Assembly (NCBI GenBank): GCA_028712705.1
Contig: JAQTPP010000001.1
Span: 17,521-81,520, forward strand
Origin: Candidatus Daviesbacteria bacterium
GTDB lineage: Bacteria; Patescibacteriota; Microgenomatia; Daviesbacterales; UBA10151
Direction of reading: 5' to 3'
Length of the DNA: 64,000 nt
The translations under genes and the position numbers were made by a program. This document shows, piece after piece, positions 49,669-60,087 of this stretch (positions are counted from its first letter, which is position 1; every line of letters starts with the position of its first letter). The notes beneath the pieces are model-generated. The model was not told where the DNA came from. It saw only the letters and a list, made by a program, of their open reading frames with translations, and did not search any database.

Positions 49669-50888
49669 AAGGGGTTTTTTGAAAGGTTAGTCATGAAGAA
49701 TAGTTTAACAAGGTCTCTTGGGATGGGCAGCCCTGTTAGGAAAGGGAAAATTAAAATAAAGCTAAGTATTATTAAAAATAGAAGTAAGATAACTAACTTC
49801 CGCCCTTTTTCATCATTAAGCAGTGTATTCAGTTGGTATCCTAAGGCAAGAGACAAAAAAGGTACGGAAGGGCTGAAGTGGTATAAAAACATGATTCTGG
49901 GAGAGGCCGCCCAAGGTAACCAAAAGACAAGAAACCCTAAAAGAACTATCATTAAATGTATGGATCTTTTTTTAACTGTCTCCCAAGTGGTTGCTAAAAT
50001 AGCAATACTCCCCGTCCAGAAAACCAAAGGATTTCCTGAAGCAAAGATATTGGCAATGGAGTTTTTTTGATAATCCACAAAATACCAGACAGGATATAAA
50101 TTTAGCGGCCACGACCACCAAGGTGAAGAATAAGGATGAGTAGCTTCCAGGTGAGTTTGGTACCACCAGATTTGGTTGTGTAGCTCAATAAAATCATTCC
50201 AGTTGTAACCCATTAAAAAATAATGGGTATAACTTAAAAGATAGACAGTCGGAGGAATTAAGAAGAAATAGATTAGTTTTTTATACTGGCGACGGTATAA
50301 CAGGATTGGAAAAAACATTAATACTAAAAAAACTCCGGGCCATTTAGTAGCCATCGCTACTCCCATAAAAAGAGCTGCAATAATATATCTTTTTTGGACG
50401 AAGAAAATAATGCTTGCTAAAATAAAGGCTACCAAATAAACATCGTTCATGCCGATCCTGGATTGCACAAAAACCAGCCCATCAAGAGAGAAAATTAGAG
50501 CAGATAAAAGAGCTGCTGCTTCATTTTTAAATAAGATTAATGCAAGTTTGTATACCAAAAATACCGATAAAATTCCAAGCAATGCTCCCGGCAGTCTGTA
50601 AGCCCAAACATCAGTGGTACGAAAGATAAACATTGATGCAGCCATCATTTCTTTCTCGACAGGAGGATGCAACCACTCAAAAGCGACCCCAGGGAGAGAT
50701 TTACCCCAAGGACTCCAGGCATCCCTATTTCCTTTTAAGTACTCTTTTGCGGTATATGCATGGTATACCTCATCGAAGACATATTTGTTTGGATAATCAA
50801 GTCGATACAAACGCAAAAAGGCTGTTAGCAATAAAATAAGTACCAAGATAACTTTAGGTTTTTTAAGTATTTTGATTCTGTTTAACAT
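49665..50888 (-). CDS. GT-C membrane glycosyltransferase, family 39 (PMT/ArnT-like)
   Basis: loop-1 'VFDEVYHAYTA' DE motif typical of GT39; ~10 TM helices. Confidence 0.5.
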   Translation of the reverse strand: MLNRIKILKKPKVILVLILLLTAFLRLYRLDYPNKYVFDEVYHAYTAKEYLKGNRDAWSPWGKSLPGVAFEWLHPPVEKEMMAASMFIFRTTDVWAYRLPGALLGILSVFLVYKLALILFKNEAAALLSALIFSLDGLVFVQSRIGMNDVYLVAFILASIIFFVQKRYIIAALFMGVAMATKWPGVFLVLMFFPILLYRRQYKKLIYFFLIPPTVYLLSYTHYFLMGYNWNDFIELHNQIWWYQTHLEATHPYSSPWWSWPLNLYPVWYFVDYQKNSIANIFASGNPLVFWTGSIAILATTWETVKKRSIHLMIVLLGFLVFWLPWAASPRIMFLYHFSPSVPFLSLALGYQLNTLLNDEKGRKLVILLLFLIILSFILIFPFLTGLPIPRDLVKLFFMTNLSKNPF

Positions 50889-52095
50889 AGCTAAAATAAA
50901 AGATAAGGAATAATACGAAACTCAGGAATGAAATAAGTGAGAAAATTTTAAAATTATTGATTAAATAATTTACCGGTAAATTAGTGATTTGGAGGCGATT
51001 ATTGTAATAAGCGTAGGGTATATATATATTCAATAAATATAAGCCTGACATAAAGAAATAGAAAATAATTAATATTTTAGATCTTAACATAGTTGCTGCG
51101 AGCAGCAGAAATGGGAAGAATAGAAAAAGATAACGCTCATGCACTCGAGTAAGAAGCATAAAAGAGGCCATAATTGTAATTGCTGTTGTTAGATAAAAAT
51201 ATGGTGACTTAAACTTTAGACGGAATGGTTTGGAGAATAAAATAAGTGTAAGGATTGTAAACAAAAATATAATTCTCCAGTATACATATGGGATTGTGAT
51301 AAAAGTTTGTAAATCGTTCTGCCAATTACCAAAAATACCCCAAAAATTAAATGCAAAACAGCTGGTGCAATTAAAAAGACCGGCCGAATTTTGATTAACA
51401 TAAAGCAATCCAAAGAAAGGATTAGTTGGGAAAAATGGGAAATAGATTAAAAAAAGAGTTACTAAGAAAATGAAAAAACTACGCAACCATTCTAAGGGTT
51501 TAGTTCTTAATATGATGAGAAGTCCAAGTAAAGGAATAAATACGATAGCCTGCGGTTTGAACGTAAAGGCAATAGCTGCAAAACAACTTGAAATTCCCGG
51601 GGCTTTTTTAATTAATATTGAGTAAGTTGAGAGCAACAAGAAAAATACAGCAATTCCGTTATATTGGCCAAAAACAGCCGATTCTGAAATAATTGCAGGA
51701 TTAAAAGCATACAAAGTAAAGCCAAATAGAGCCGAGCGTTCGCTGAATTTTCTTTTTATGATTAGATAAATTAATACGGCTGATGCAAGATCAGCTATGT
51801 TAGCAGGAAGTTTTAAGAGTAAATCAAAGTGTTGATTACTTTGGAAAAAAACCGAATGCGACAAAAGATAAGTTTTAATCGAACCGATGATCCAAAGGAT
51901 ATATAAAAAACCAACCGGATTATTAGTAAAAGCTTGTTTTGAATAAAATTGCGCAGGTCCGAGTTCTGCGAGCCGGATACTCCAAAAGCGAAAAGCATTT
52001 TGGTCGTACTCAAAGGCAGGTAAGAAAGAAAGCATCATTCGTACCGCGAATGCTAAGCATAAAAGATAGAGTAATTTTTTCTTCGAATGTTTCAT
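50863..52095 (-). CDS. Polytopic membrane protein, probable GT-C fold glycosyltransferase (family uncertain); start taken at Met 'MKHSKKKLLYL'
   Basis: 12+ TM helices; 'YDQNAFRFWSIRLAELGPAQFYSKQ' loop resembles GT-C family loop-1 regions. Confidence 0.3.
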   Translation of the reverse strand: MKHSKKKLLYLLCLAFAVRMMLSFLPAFEYDQNAFRFWSIRLAELGPAQFYSKQAFTNNPVGFLYILWIIGSIKTYLLSHSVFFQSNQHFDLLLKLPANIADLASAVLIYLIIKRKFSERSALFGFTLYAFNPAIISESAVFGQYNGIAVFFLLLSTYSILIKKAPGISSCFAAIAFTFKPQAIVFIPLLGLLIILRTKPLEWLRSFFIFLVTLFLIYFPFFPTNPFFGLLYVNQNSAGLFNCTSCFAFNFWGIFGNWQNDLQTFITIPYVYWRIIFLFTILTLILFSKPFRLKFKSPYFYLTTAITIMASFMLLTRVHERYLFLFFPFLLLAATMLRSKILIIFYFFMSGLYLLNIYIPYAYYNNRLQITNLPVNYLINNFKIFSLISFLSFVLFLIFYFSYVKQNQNT

Positions 52096-52121
52096 TTGGA
52101 TGGTTATAGTAGAATTATACA

Positions 52122-53260
52122 GTGAGGAATACGGTATATGAAGTGTTTGTGCGTCATAAGACTCCGATATTAATTGCATTAATTAGTGAAATAATAATTT
52201 TATTCTTTTTTGGCCGATTATCAGCCATTCTTTTTCCTCAATCCAGAGCAGCTGTTTTGAATATATGGGATTTATGGAACGTTTGGGATGCTCCGCACTA
52301 TATATCAATTGCTGCACATGGTTATCAAACTATAGGTGATGAAGCGAATTTTATTGTTTTTTTACCTGCCTTACCTCTGTCAATTTTTATATCTAAACTC
52401 ATTTTTCAAACAAACTATTTAATTTCCGGCTATATCGCTGCGTTTATAATAATAATGTTTCTTGCAGTTATGCTTTATAAATTGACCTTACTGGATTATC
52501 CGAAAAAAACTGCAATGTTAGCAATTCTAATGCTATTTATATTTCCGACTTCTTTTTTTCTGCATATTCCGTATTCTGAATCCTTATTGGTATTGCTGGC
52601 AGTTGCAGCATTTTATTTTGTCAGAAAAAAATATTATTGGAGAAGCTTTTTATGTATAGGTTTAGCAACTGCAACTAAAATCGCAGGATTGGCATTAATT
52701 CCAGCTATATTTTTGGAGATTTTAATTTTTGATAGAGATAATTTTAGTAGTAAAAATATTTTTAATAAAGCATCTTTTATATTTTTTGGATCGGCACTCT
52801 CTTTATCGGGTTTCTTAATATATTTATTTATAAATTATTTCTTCTGGGGAGATTTCTGGTATTTCATCTTTATTCAAAAGCATCATTGGTTTGAAAATTT
52901 TTCTCCTTTCGGACAAGGATTAATTAGTGCTTATCAGAGCTTATTTTGGAGAGCTGGTATGGAAAAAATAATGCTTGGATATGCACAAATTGTGGCATTT
53001 ATTTTTGCATTGTTTATGTCTATTTATGTTTTGTTCAAAGTGAGAATTAGTTATGGAATTTTTATGCTTATAGATTTATTTTTTTCATATTCAATGAGTT
53101 TTTGGATAAGTATGCCCCGTCATATACTTACATTATTTCCTATGTATATAGCGCTTGCCTTATTTTCTAATAATTTAATTTTTAGATATTTCTGGATAAT
53201 AATCTCTGTTATCTTACTATTAATCCTTACATTTAGTTTCATGCAGTATGGTCCTGTTTT

Positions 53261-53264
<4 letters not shown>
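52122..53264 (+). CDS. Polytopic membrane protein, PIG-V/Gpi18-like mannosyltransferase-type GT-C
   Basis: 'WDLWNVWDAPHYISIAAHGY' resembles PIG-V family N-terminal motif; ~9 TM. Confidence 0.35.
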
Positions 53265-54229
<965 letters not shown>

Positions 54230-54236
54230 CCTATTA

Positions 54237-55205
54237 ATGCCACAAAAAATAGATATTTCTCATCGGACGGTTATATTTACAGCCATTTTCATTTTAGCCC
54301 TTTGGATTACTTATTTAATCCGTGATCTTTTAATAATTTTATTTGTTGCGCTTATTTTTGTATCAGCGCTTTCCCCTTTGGTAAAAATTTTTATTAAATT
54401 AAGATTACCGAAAGTCTTAAGTATCGCCATAACCTATATTGTTATAGTAGCCGCTATAGTAAGTCTGGTTATCAGTATCGTGCCTCCTTTGATTGAACAA
54501 AGCACGAAATTAGTAATAACTGCCCCGGGGTTATTAGCACAGTTTTTTAACATTACAAATTTAGATAAATCTGTTTTTTCATCAGAACTAACCTCCCTTT
54601 CGAAAAATCTATTTTCGATTACCCTCTCGGTTTTTGATAATTTACTGGCAATAATTTTTTTATTAGTTATAACTTTCTATATGCTGCTGGAACAGGACGG
54701 TCTCGAAAATCGGTTTTCGTCTTTATTTAAAGGTAAAGAAGAAAGGATAAGAAGATCGATTGTAAAAATTGAAGAAAAATTAGGAGCTTGGCTGCGGGGA
54801 CAATTAATTTTAAGTTTGATTATAGGTGTTCTGTCTTATATTGGCTTAACTATTCTGAATATTCCTTATGCTCTGCCTCTTGCTATGGTGGCCGGGATTA
54901 TGGAGGTAGTACCTGTTATTGGTCCAATAGTGTCAGCACTGCCTGCCATTTTTCTCGCATTGACATTCTCTCCGGTTTTAAGTGTGGGAGTTGCAGTAAT
55001 GTTTCTATTAATTCAACAACTGGAAAATCATCTGATTGTGCCGCAGGTAATGAAGAGAGCAGTTGGCCTAAATCCTTTGGTAGTAATTTTAGCAATCGCT
55101 ATCGGAGGCAGATTACTTGGAATTGCGGGCGCGCTGCTGGCGGTACCAATGGCAGTAGTGGTGCAGATAATCGCGGCAGAGATAATTGAAGGTGATAAAA
55201 ATTAG
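54237..55205 (+). CDS. AI-2E family transporter (PerM/YhhT-like permease)
   Basis: 8 TM; 'NIPYALPLAMVAGIMEVVPVIGPIVSALP' AI-2E signature. Confidence 0.7.
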   Translation: MPQKIDISHRTVIFTAIFILALWITYLIRDLLIILFVALIFVSALSPLVKIFIKLRLPKVLSIAITYIVIVAAIVSLVISIVPPLIEQSTKLVITAPGLLAQFFNITNLDKSVFSSELTSLSKNLFSITLSVFDNLLAIIFLLVITFYMLLEQDGLENRFSSLFKGKEERIRRSIVKIEEKLGAWLRGQLILSLIIGVLSYIGLTILNIPYALPLAMVAGIMEVVPVIGPIVSALPAIFLALTFSPVLSVGVAVMFLLIQQLENHLIVPQVMKRAVGLNPLVVILAIAIGGRLLGIAGALLAVPMAVVVQIIAAEIIEGDKN

Positions 55206-55478
55206 TGCCTAGGAAACTAGTAAGCCAGATTCTGTTATTAGATAATCATTTATCTGATGCTCCTGATTTCAACAATTGAGCAAGCAGCTCTGTTGGTTCT
55301 AGGATTGCAGCGGGGAGGATTGCCACGTTTCACCCGAGCATTATCTCGGTTCGTCACTGTTGCTCTAACTAGGCCTTACGGCTGTCCGCTTGCGCGAGAC
55401 CACCCTGCTTTGCGCTGTCTGGACTTTCCTCTACGTTCATGTAAACTGAATGTAGCGATTATCCTTCTTCCTAGGCTT
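55206..55478 (-). ncRNA. rnpB: RNase P RNA (bacterial type, reduced ~270 nt)
   Basis: on - strand: 'GAGGAAAGTCCAGAC' (CR-I), 'CGCGCAAGCGG', 'CGGGTGAAACGTGG' (CR-II-like), 'ACAGAATCTGGCTTA' (CR-IV); P1 pairing GCCTAGGAAG/TTTCCTAGGC. Confidence 0.75.
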
Positions 55479-55482
55479 TTAT

Positions 55483-55511
55483 ATTTTACTATATAATGAT
55501 TCTGGGATCAA
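55483..55511 (-). promoter_or_regulatory. Candidate rnpB promoter on - strand (TTGATC-17-TAAAAT, ~7 nt before RNA 5' end)
   Basis: hexamers and spacing seen directly. Confidence 0.35.
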
Positions 55512-55516
55512 ATTAG

Positions 55517-57076
55517 ATGCTTGCAAAAATAATCTCTGCTACGAATATTGGACTGGATGCAAATTTAGTCATTTGCGAAGTAGATATTTCTCAACAAGGA
55601 TTGCCTAGTTTTACGATAGTAGGACTTGGCGATAGGGCGGTAGAAGAAAGTAAAGAAAGGGTGCGAGCAGCATTTAGAAATTCTGGCGCAGATTTTCCTC
55701 TTCATAGAATTACTGTCAATTTAGCTCCGGCTGACATGCCAAAAGAAGGACCTGCTTATGATTTGCCTATTGCTTTGGGATTGCTTTTGGCATCAGGTCA
55801 AATAGCTAATACGGAAAAATTGGATTTTGCCAAAACTTTAATCGTAGGAGAATTATCGCTAGACGGAAATTTACGAAAAATTAACGGAGTACTCCCTTTG
55901 GCAATACTAGCAAAAGAGCAAGGGATTAAACATATTGTTGTGCCGGAGGGGAATGGTCCGGAGGCAGCAATTATCGAAGATTTGAAAGTTGTAGCCCCTA
56001 ATTCACTGCAACAGCTGATGAGGTTTTTACTGGGACAGGAAGATTTGAGGAGTGTCCGGAAACCTGCTTTAAATCTGGAAGTAAATTTATCTTATGAATA
56101 TGATTTTGCAGATATAAAAGGACAAGAGCAGGCAAAAAGGGCTTTGGAAATTGCTGCAGCAGGAGGACACAATATTCTATTGAAAGGACCTCCCGGAGCA
56201 GGAAAAACTATGCTGGCCCGGAGTTTTCCATCGATCTTGCCGCCGTTAACTTTTGATGAAGCAATAGAAGTAACAAAAATTTATTCTGTAGCAGGACTTT
56301 TAAATACAAATAATTCACTTATAACTATTCGGCCTTTCCGCTGTCCTCATCATAGCGCATCATATGTTGGATTGCTTGGAGGAGGGAACATGATACGTCC
56401 AGGTGAAATTTCACTTTCACATAGGGGTGTTTTGTTCCTGGATGAGGTGGCAGAATTTCCTCGTCAGAGTTTGGAAAGTTTACGGCAACCCCTAGAAGAT
56501 CATTGTATTACAATTTCCAGAGCATCAGGATCTATAAAACTTCCCGCACAGTTTATTCTATTTGCTGCCCAAAATCCCTGTCCTTGCGGTTTTTTAGGTG
56601 ATAAAAAAAGAGTTTGTGCATGTATGCCCGGGCAAATTGCTAAGTATAAACGTAGAATTTCCGGCCCTTTCTTAGATAGAATCGATATTTATCTGGAAGT
56701 ACCTGCGGTTGAAGTTGAGAAACTATCATCGGATTTAAAGGTTGAAAGCTCCATGGTAATTAGAAACAGGGTCGAAGCGGCAAGAAAGATTCAACAGGAA
56801 AGATTCCAACCAAAGGTTGGTCGTTCTGTGGACGGTAAAATTAAGATTCTTACTAATTCGGAAATGAATAATAACGATATTAAAGCATATTGTGTTTTAA
56901 CCCGGGAAGGTTTGGAACTATTGAAAATGGCTGTTTCTTCGCTTAATCTATCTGCCCGTGGTTATCATAGGGTGCTTAAACTCGGAAGGACAATTGCAGA
57001 TTTGGCAGGGGTAGAAAATATCCAAGCTGAACACATAGCCGAAGCTTTGCAATACCGCTCAAGGGATGATCTTTAA
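55517..57076 (+). CDS. comM: YifB/ComM family Mg-chelatase-like AAA+ ATPase
   Basis: N-terminal Lon-protease-like 'GLPSFTIVGL...ESKERV'; Walker A 'GPPGAGKTM'; C-terminal 'ARGYHRVLKLGRTIADLAG'. Confidence 0.85.
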   Translation: MLAKIISATNIGLDANLVICEVDISQQGLPSFTIVGLGDRAVEESKERVRAAFRNSGADFPLHRITVNLAPADMPKEGPAYDLPIALGLLLASGQIANTEKLDFAKTLIVGELSLDGNLRKINGVLPLAILAKEQGIKHIVVPEGNGPEAAIIEDLKVVAPNSLQQLMRFLLGQEDLRSVRKPALNLEVNLSYEYDFADIKGQEQAKRALEIAAAGGHNILLKGPPGAGKTMLARSFPSILPPLTFDEAIEVTKIYSVAGLLNTNNSLITIRPFRCPHHSASYVGLLGGGNMIRPGEISLSHRGVLFLDEVAEFPRQSLESLRQPLEDHCITISRASGSIKLPAQFILFAAQNPCPCGFLGDKKRVCACMPGQIAKYKRRISGPFLDRIDIYLEVPAVEVEKLSSDLKVESSMVIRNRVEAARKIQQERFQPKVGRSVDGKIKILTNSEMNNNDIKAYCVLTREGLELLKMAVSSLNLSARGYHRVLKLGRTIADLAGVENIQAEHIAEALQYRSRDDL

Positions 57077-57082
57077 TTACAA

Positions 57083-57125
57083 AAAATCCCACTTGTCCGG
57101 TTACACCAGATTTTGCGGGATTTTT
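57083..57125 (+). terminator. Terminator hairpin after comM (AAAAATCCC...GCGGGATTTTT); second hairpin ATCGG-GGACA-CCGAT+U6 at 57151-57169
   Basis: stem-loops followed by U-tracts seen directly. Confidence 0.4.
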
Positions 57126-57167
57126 CGAAATGGTGAAACCCCCGATCAAATCGGGGACACCGATTTT

Positions 57168-57305
57168 TTAGCCGCCGATTCGAAACATTGAGGTACCACA
57201 GACAGGGCAAGTACCTTTCGAGGCCTTTTTACCATTTTTCATGGTTACTTCTTGCACATTTTCTGCGTCCCTTTTTGTTCGGCATTTGACACAATACATT
57301 TGCAT
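57168..57305 (-). CDS. Small zinc-ribbon protein (45 aa, CxxC...CxxC); absent from ORF track
   Basis: hand translation of - strand 'MQMYCVKCRTKRDAENVQEVTMKNGKKASKGTCPVCGTSMFRIGG'. Confidence 0.45.
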   Translation of the reverse strand: MQMYCVKCRTKRDAENVQEVTMKNGKKASKGTCPVCGTSMFRIGG

Positions 57306-57817
57306 GAGTTTAATTTCACCCCCTTTCAAAAAAAATTTAAAGTCAGAACATTATTTTTTACAAGCAAAAATAAAATAACTTCTGCGCCTATTGTGCAGGA
57401 TGCAAACAGTAGAATTTTGAGTAAATCCTGGTGCAGATAGGTAATATCGGTAGCGGTAGAATAGTTGTTAACCCTCAGTTGCTCGCCTCGCGAAGCGGAT
57501 CCATCAGTCCGATCTAATTGGGATAGCTGATAACTGTGGGTTGCCGAAGGGGAAGAAGATTGATTATTCCCACCATAAACTTGTCTGCGAAGTAGTTGTA
57601 AGCGTTTTTCAAGATCTGATTGTTTCTTACTTAGTTGAATAGCCATGACTTTGAATTCTTACGCGTGAGTTGAGCCTAGCACGATACGATGAGCCTGTCA
57701 AGCACCAATTGAATCTAAAACTACAGGTCATTTTTATATTTATGCAGAATGCGACTTAAAAGTAACTTTGTTAATTGACAAAATTTGTTAAGGTAGGGTA
57801 TATTTAAAGAGTAACTT

Positions 57818-58282
57818 ATGTATTCGGATTGGGTTATTCCCGCAGCTGCGGGCGTTTTGTTGTTTTGGCTTGGAACTTTAAGTTTTTTAATCTGGAGACA
57901 GAATAAGTTTATAACATCACTTTTTCCAAAATCAGGAGAAAGAGATATCAGGAAAAAATTTGAAGAGATCGCAAAAACGGTTGAGGGTTTTAAGAATGAA
58001 TTATCTGGTTTGGATGATAGGATTGAAGCAATAAGGCTTAAGGAGTTGCAACATGTACAAAGAGTGGAACTTTTACGCTTCAACCCTTATGATGAAACAG
58101 GAGGGAATATAAGTTTTACGGCTTGTTTTTTGGATAATAAAGGATCGGGGATTGTGGTAACAAGTTTACATGCGAGAAACGGAACCAGGGTATTTGGTAA
58201 AGAGATAGTTTCAGGAAAAAGTCTTAAATATGAGTTATCAAAAGAAGAAGAAGCGGTGATTAAAAAAGCAATGGAGAAGTAA
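57818..58282 (+). CDS. DUF4446-like membrane-anchored protein
   Basis: N-terminal TM; 'RVELLRFNPYDETGGNISFTACFLDNKGSGIVVTSLHAR' resembles DUF4446 core. Confidence 0.4.
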   Translation: MYSDWVIPAAAGVLLFWLGTLSFLIWRQNKFITSLFPKSGERDIRKKFEEIAKTVEGFKNELSGLDDRIEAIRLKELQHVQRVELLRFNPYDETGGNISFTACFLDNKGSGIVVTSLHARNGTRVFGKEIVSGKSLKYELSKEEEAVIKKAMEK

Positions 58283-59466
58283 TGAAAAATATTCTAAACA
58301 TATTCAATAGTTTAACAAATTTACAAAAAATTTTAAGTTTGATTATTTTGGGAGTTATAATATACGGCGGTTCGGCGAGCATTTCTTATTCTTTGTTTAG
58401 AGCAATTTCCCGTCCGGTTGTTCCTGGTAAACAGGCTGCAGCTCCTACACTTCCTTCTCCCACATCTGCCTTTATTGAAGATCCGAATGAGCCTAAAACC
58501 GAAAGTTGTCCATTAAACGGCAGGAAGCACACCAAAAAAGCCAAAGATTTCTGGGATAAAAGACGGCCTCTTGCCGTGATGGTTGAAAATCATACAGAGG
58601 CAAGACCTCAGTCGGGGTTATCTTCTGCCGATGTGGTGTATGAGGCAGTTGCCGAAGGCGGAATCACCAGGTTTATGGCGCTATATTATTGCAATCTCTC
58701 GGATATTCAAGTCGGACCTGTCAGGTCGGCAAGGACTTACTATCTGGATTGGTTAAGTGAATATGACGCGCTATATGCGCATGTCGGAGGAGCTAATACT
58801 CCTGGTCCGGCTGATGCGCTCGGGCAGATTATTAAGTATGGAACTAAAGATTTAAACCAATTTAGCATAGGGTTCCCTGTTTTTTGGAGAGATTATCAAA
58901 GACTGGGTCATTCGGTTGCGACAGAACACACAATGTATTCTACAACGGCTAAGCTTTGGGAAGTAGGCGCAAAAAGAGGTTGGACCGCTACCGATTCGGC
59001 AGGAGTGAGATGGGACAAGAATTTTGTTCCCTGGAAATTTAAGGATGACAAAGGCGGAGGCGGAGTAACAAATATAAAGGTTAATTTCTGGGAATCCCAG
59101 CCGGGGTATGATGTAAACTGGATTTATGATGCAGCTACCAATTCTTACAAGAGGAAGAATGGCGGATCGGATCATATGGATTTGGACAATAATATGCAGC
59201 TCTCTGCAAAAAATATCGTTGTCCAGTTCGAGAGAGAATCAAATGCTAATGATGGTTATCCAGGGAACGTTCATCTGCTGTATGGAACTGTTGGCAGCGG
59301 TAAAGCATTAATTCTTCAGGATGGAAATGCAATAGAAGGCAAATGGATTAAAGCAAACCGTCTGGCCAGAACGAAATATGTTGATAGCAGCGGTAAAGAG
59401 ATACAATTCAATGGAGGTCAAATTTGGATTCAAACTGTCCCGGAGGGATCAAAAGTAAGTTACTAA
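58282..59466 (+). CDS. DUF3048 (YerB-like) secreted/lipoprotein-type protein
   Basis: signal/TM; 'VMVENHTEARPQSGLSSADVVYEAVAEGGITRFMALYY' resembles DUF3048 N-domain. Confidence 0.45.
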   Translation: MKNILNIFNSLTNLQKILSLIILGVIIYGGSASISYSLFRAISRPVVPGKQAAAPTLPSPTSAFIEDPNEPKTESCPLNGRKHTKKAKDFWDKRRPLAVMVENHTEARPQSGLSSADVVYEAVAEGGITRFMALYYCNLSDIQVGPVRSARTYYLDWLSEYDALYAHVGGANTPGPADALGQIIKYGTKDLNQFSIGFPVFWRDYQRLGHSVATEHTMYSTTAKLWEVGAKRGWTATDSAGVRWDKNFVPWKFKDDKGGGGVTNIKVNFWESQPGYDVNWIYDAATNSYKRKNGGSDHMDLDNNMQLSAKNIVVQFERESNANDGYPGNVHLLYGTVGSGKALILQDGNAIEGKWIKANRLARTKYVDSSGKEIQFNGGQIWIQTVPEGSKVSY

Positions 59467-59496
59467 CCAAAACTTCTGCCCGGAAAGGAGGTTAAA

Positions 59497-60087
59497 ATGC
59501 TTGAGGAGTTATTTATCTCAAGAGTCCGGGTAAAAATATTGCAACTTTTTTTATCTTCGCCTCAAGATTCGCTTTTTCATGTTCGTGAAATAGTTCGAAG
59601 AGTTTCAGAGGAAATTAATGCTGTCCGCAGGGAGCTTGCCAGGATGGAAAAATATGATATGGTTTCATCGGAATGGCGGGCAAATAGAAGACTGTATCGA
59701 TTCAGAAGGGACTTTATCTATTATAAAGAACTTTTAGCATTAGTTGCTAAGACAACAGGGTTAGGTGGAAATTTGATAAAAAACAAACACAGTCTTGGGA
59801 AGATAAAATTCGCTTTCATATCAACAAAATTTTTGAAAGGTAATTTGGCTACGACAGAAGATGTTAATGTTTTAATTGTTGGAAATGTTGTGTTGCCGGA
59901 GCTGCAAGCTATTATCGCTGACGAACAAGCAAAAAGAGAAACAGAAATAAACTATTCCTTTATGGATGAAGCAGAATTTAAGTTTAGAGTAAAAAGACGG
60001 GATCCGTTTATTTTAAGAGTGCTGGTTCAACCCAAAGTTATGTTGATCGGAGACGAGGATGAGTTATTGGAAGGGATTATTATTTGA
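59497..60087 (+). CDS. Winged-helix DNA-binding protein with C-terminal uncharacterized domain
   Basis: 'RVKILQLFLSSPQDSLFHVREIVRRV' wHTH-like N-terminus. Confidence 0.3.
   Translation: MLEELFISRVRVKILQLFLSSPQDSLFHVREIVRRVSEEINAVRRELARMEKYDMVSSEWRANRRLYRFRRDFIYYKELLALVAKTTGLGGNLIKNKHSLGKIKFAFISTKFLKGNLATTEDVNVLIVGNVVLPELQAIIADEQAKRETEINYSFMDEAEFKFRVKRRDPFILRVLVQPKVMLIGDEDELLEGIII

Noticed and set aside
55257-55496. 79-aa + strand ORF from the ORF track
   Set aside because: Lies exactly antisense to the RNase P RNA (conserved CR-I/CR-IV motifs on the - strand); the open frame is an artifact of the relatively GC-rich structured RNA.
57326-57646. 106-aa - strand ORF (MAIQLSKKQ...)
   Set aside because: No SD, Q/S-rich low-complexity middle, no family resemblance; kept only as part of an 'unexplained region' finding.
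57306-57817. tmRNA / SRP RNA / 6S RNA
   Set aside because: Looked for tRNA-like 3' end (GGTTCGA...CCA), tag-peptide frame and SRP domain IV motif; none recognisable by eye. Left open for cmscan.
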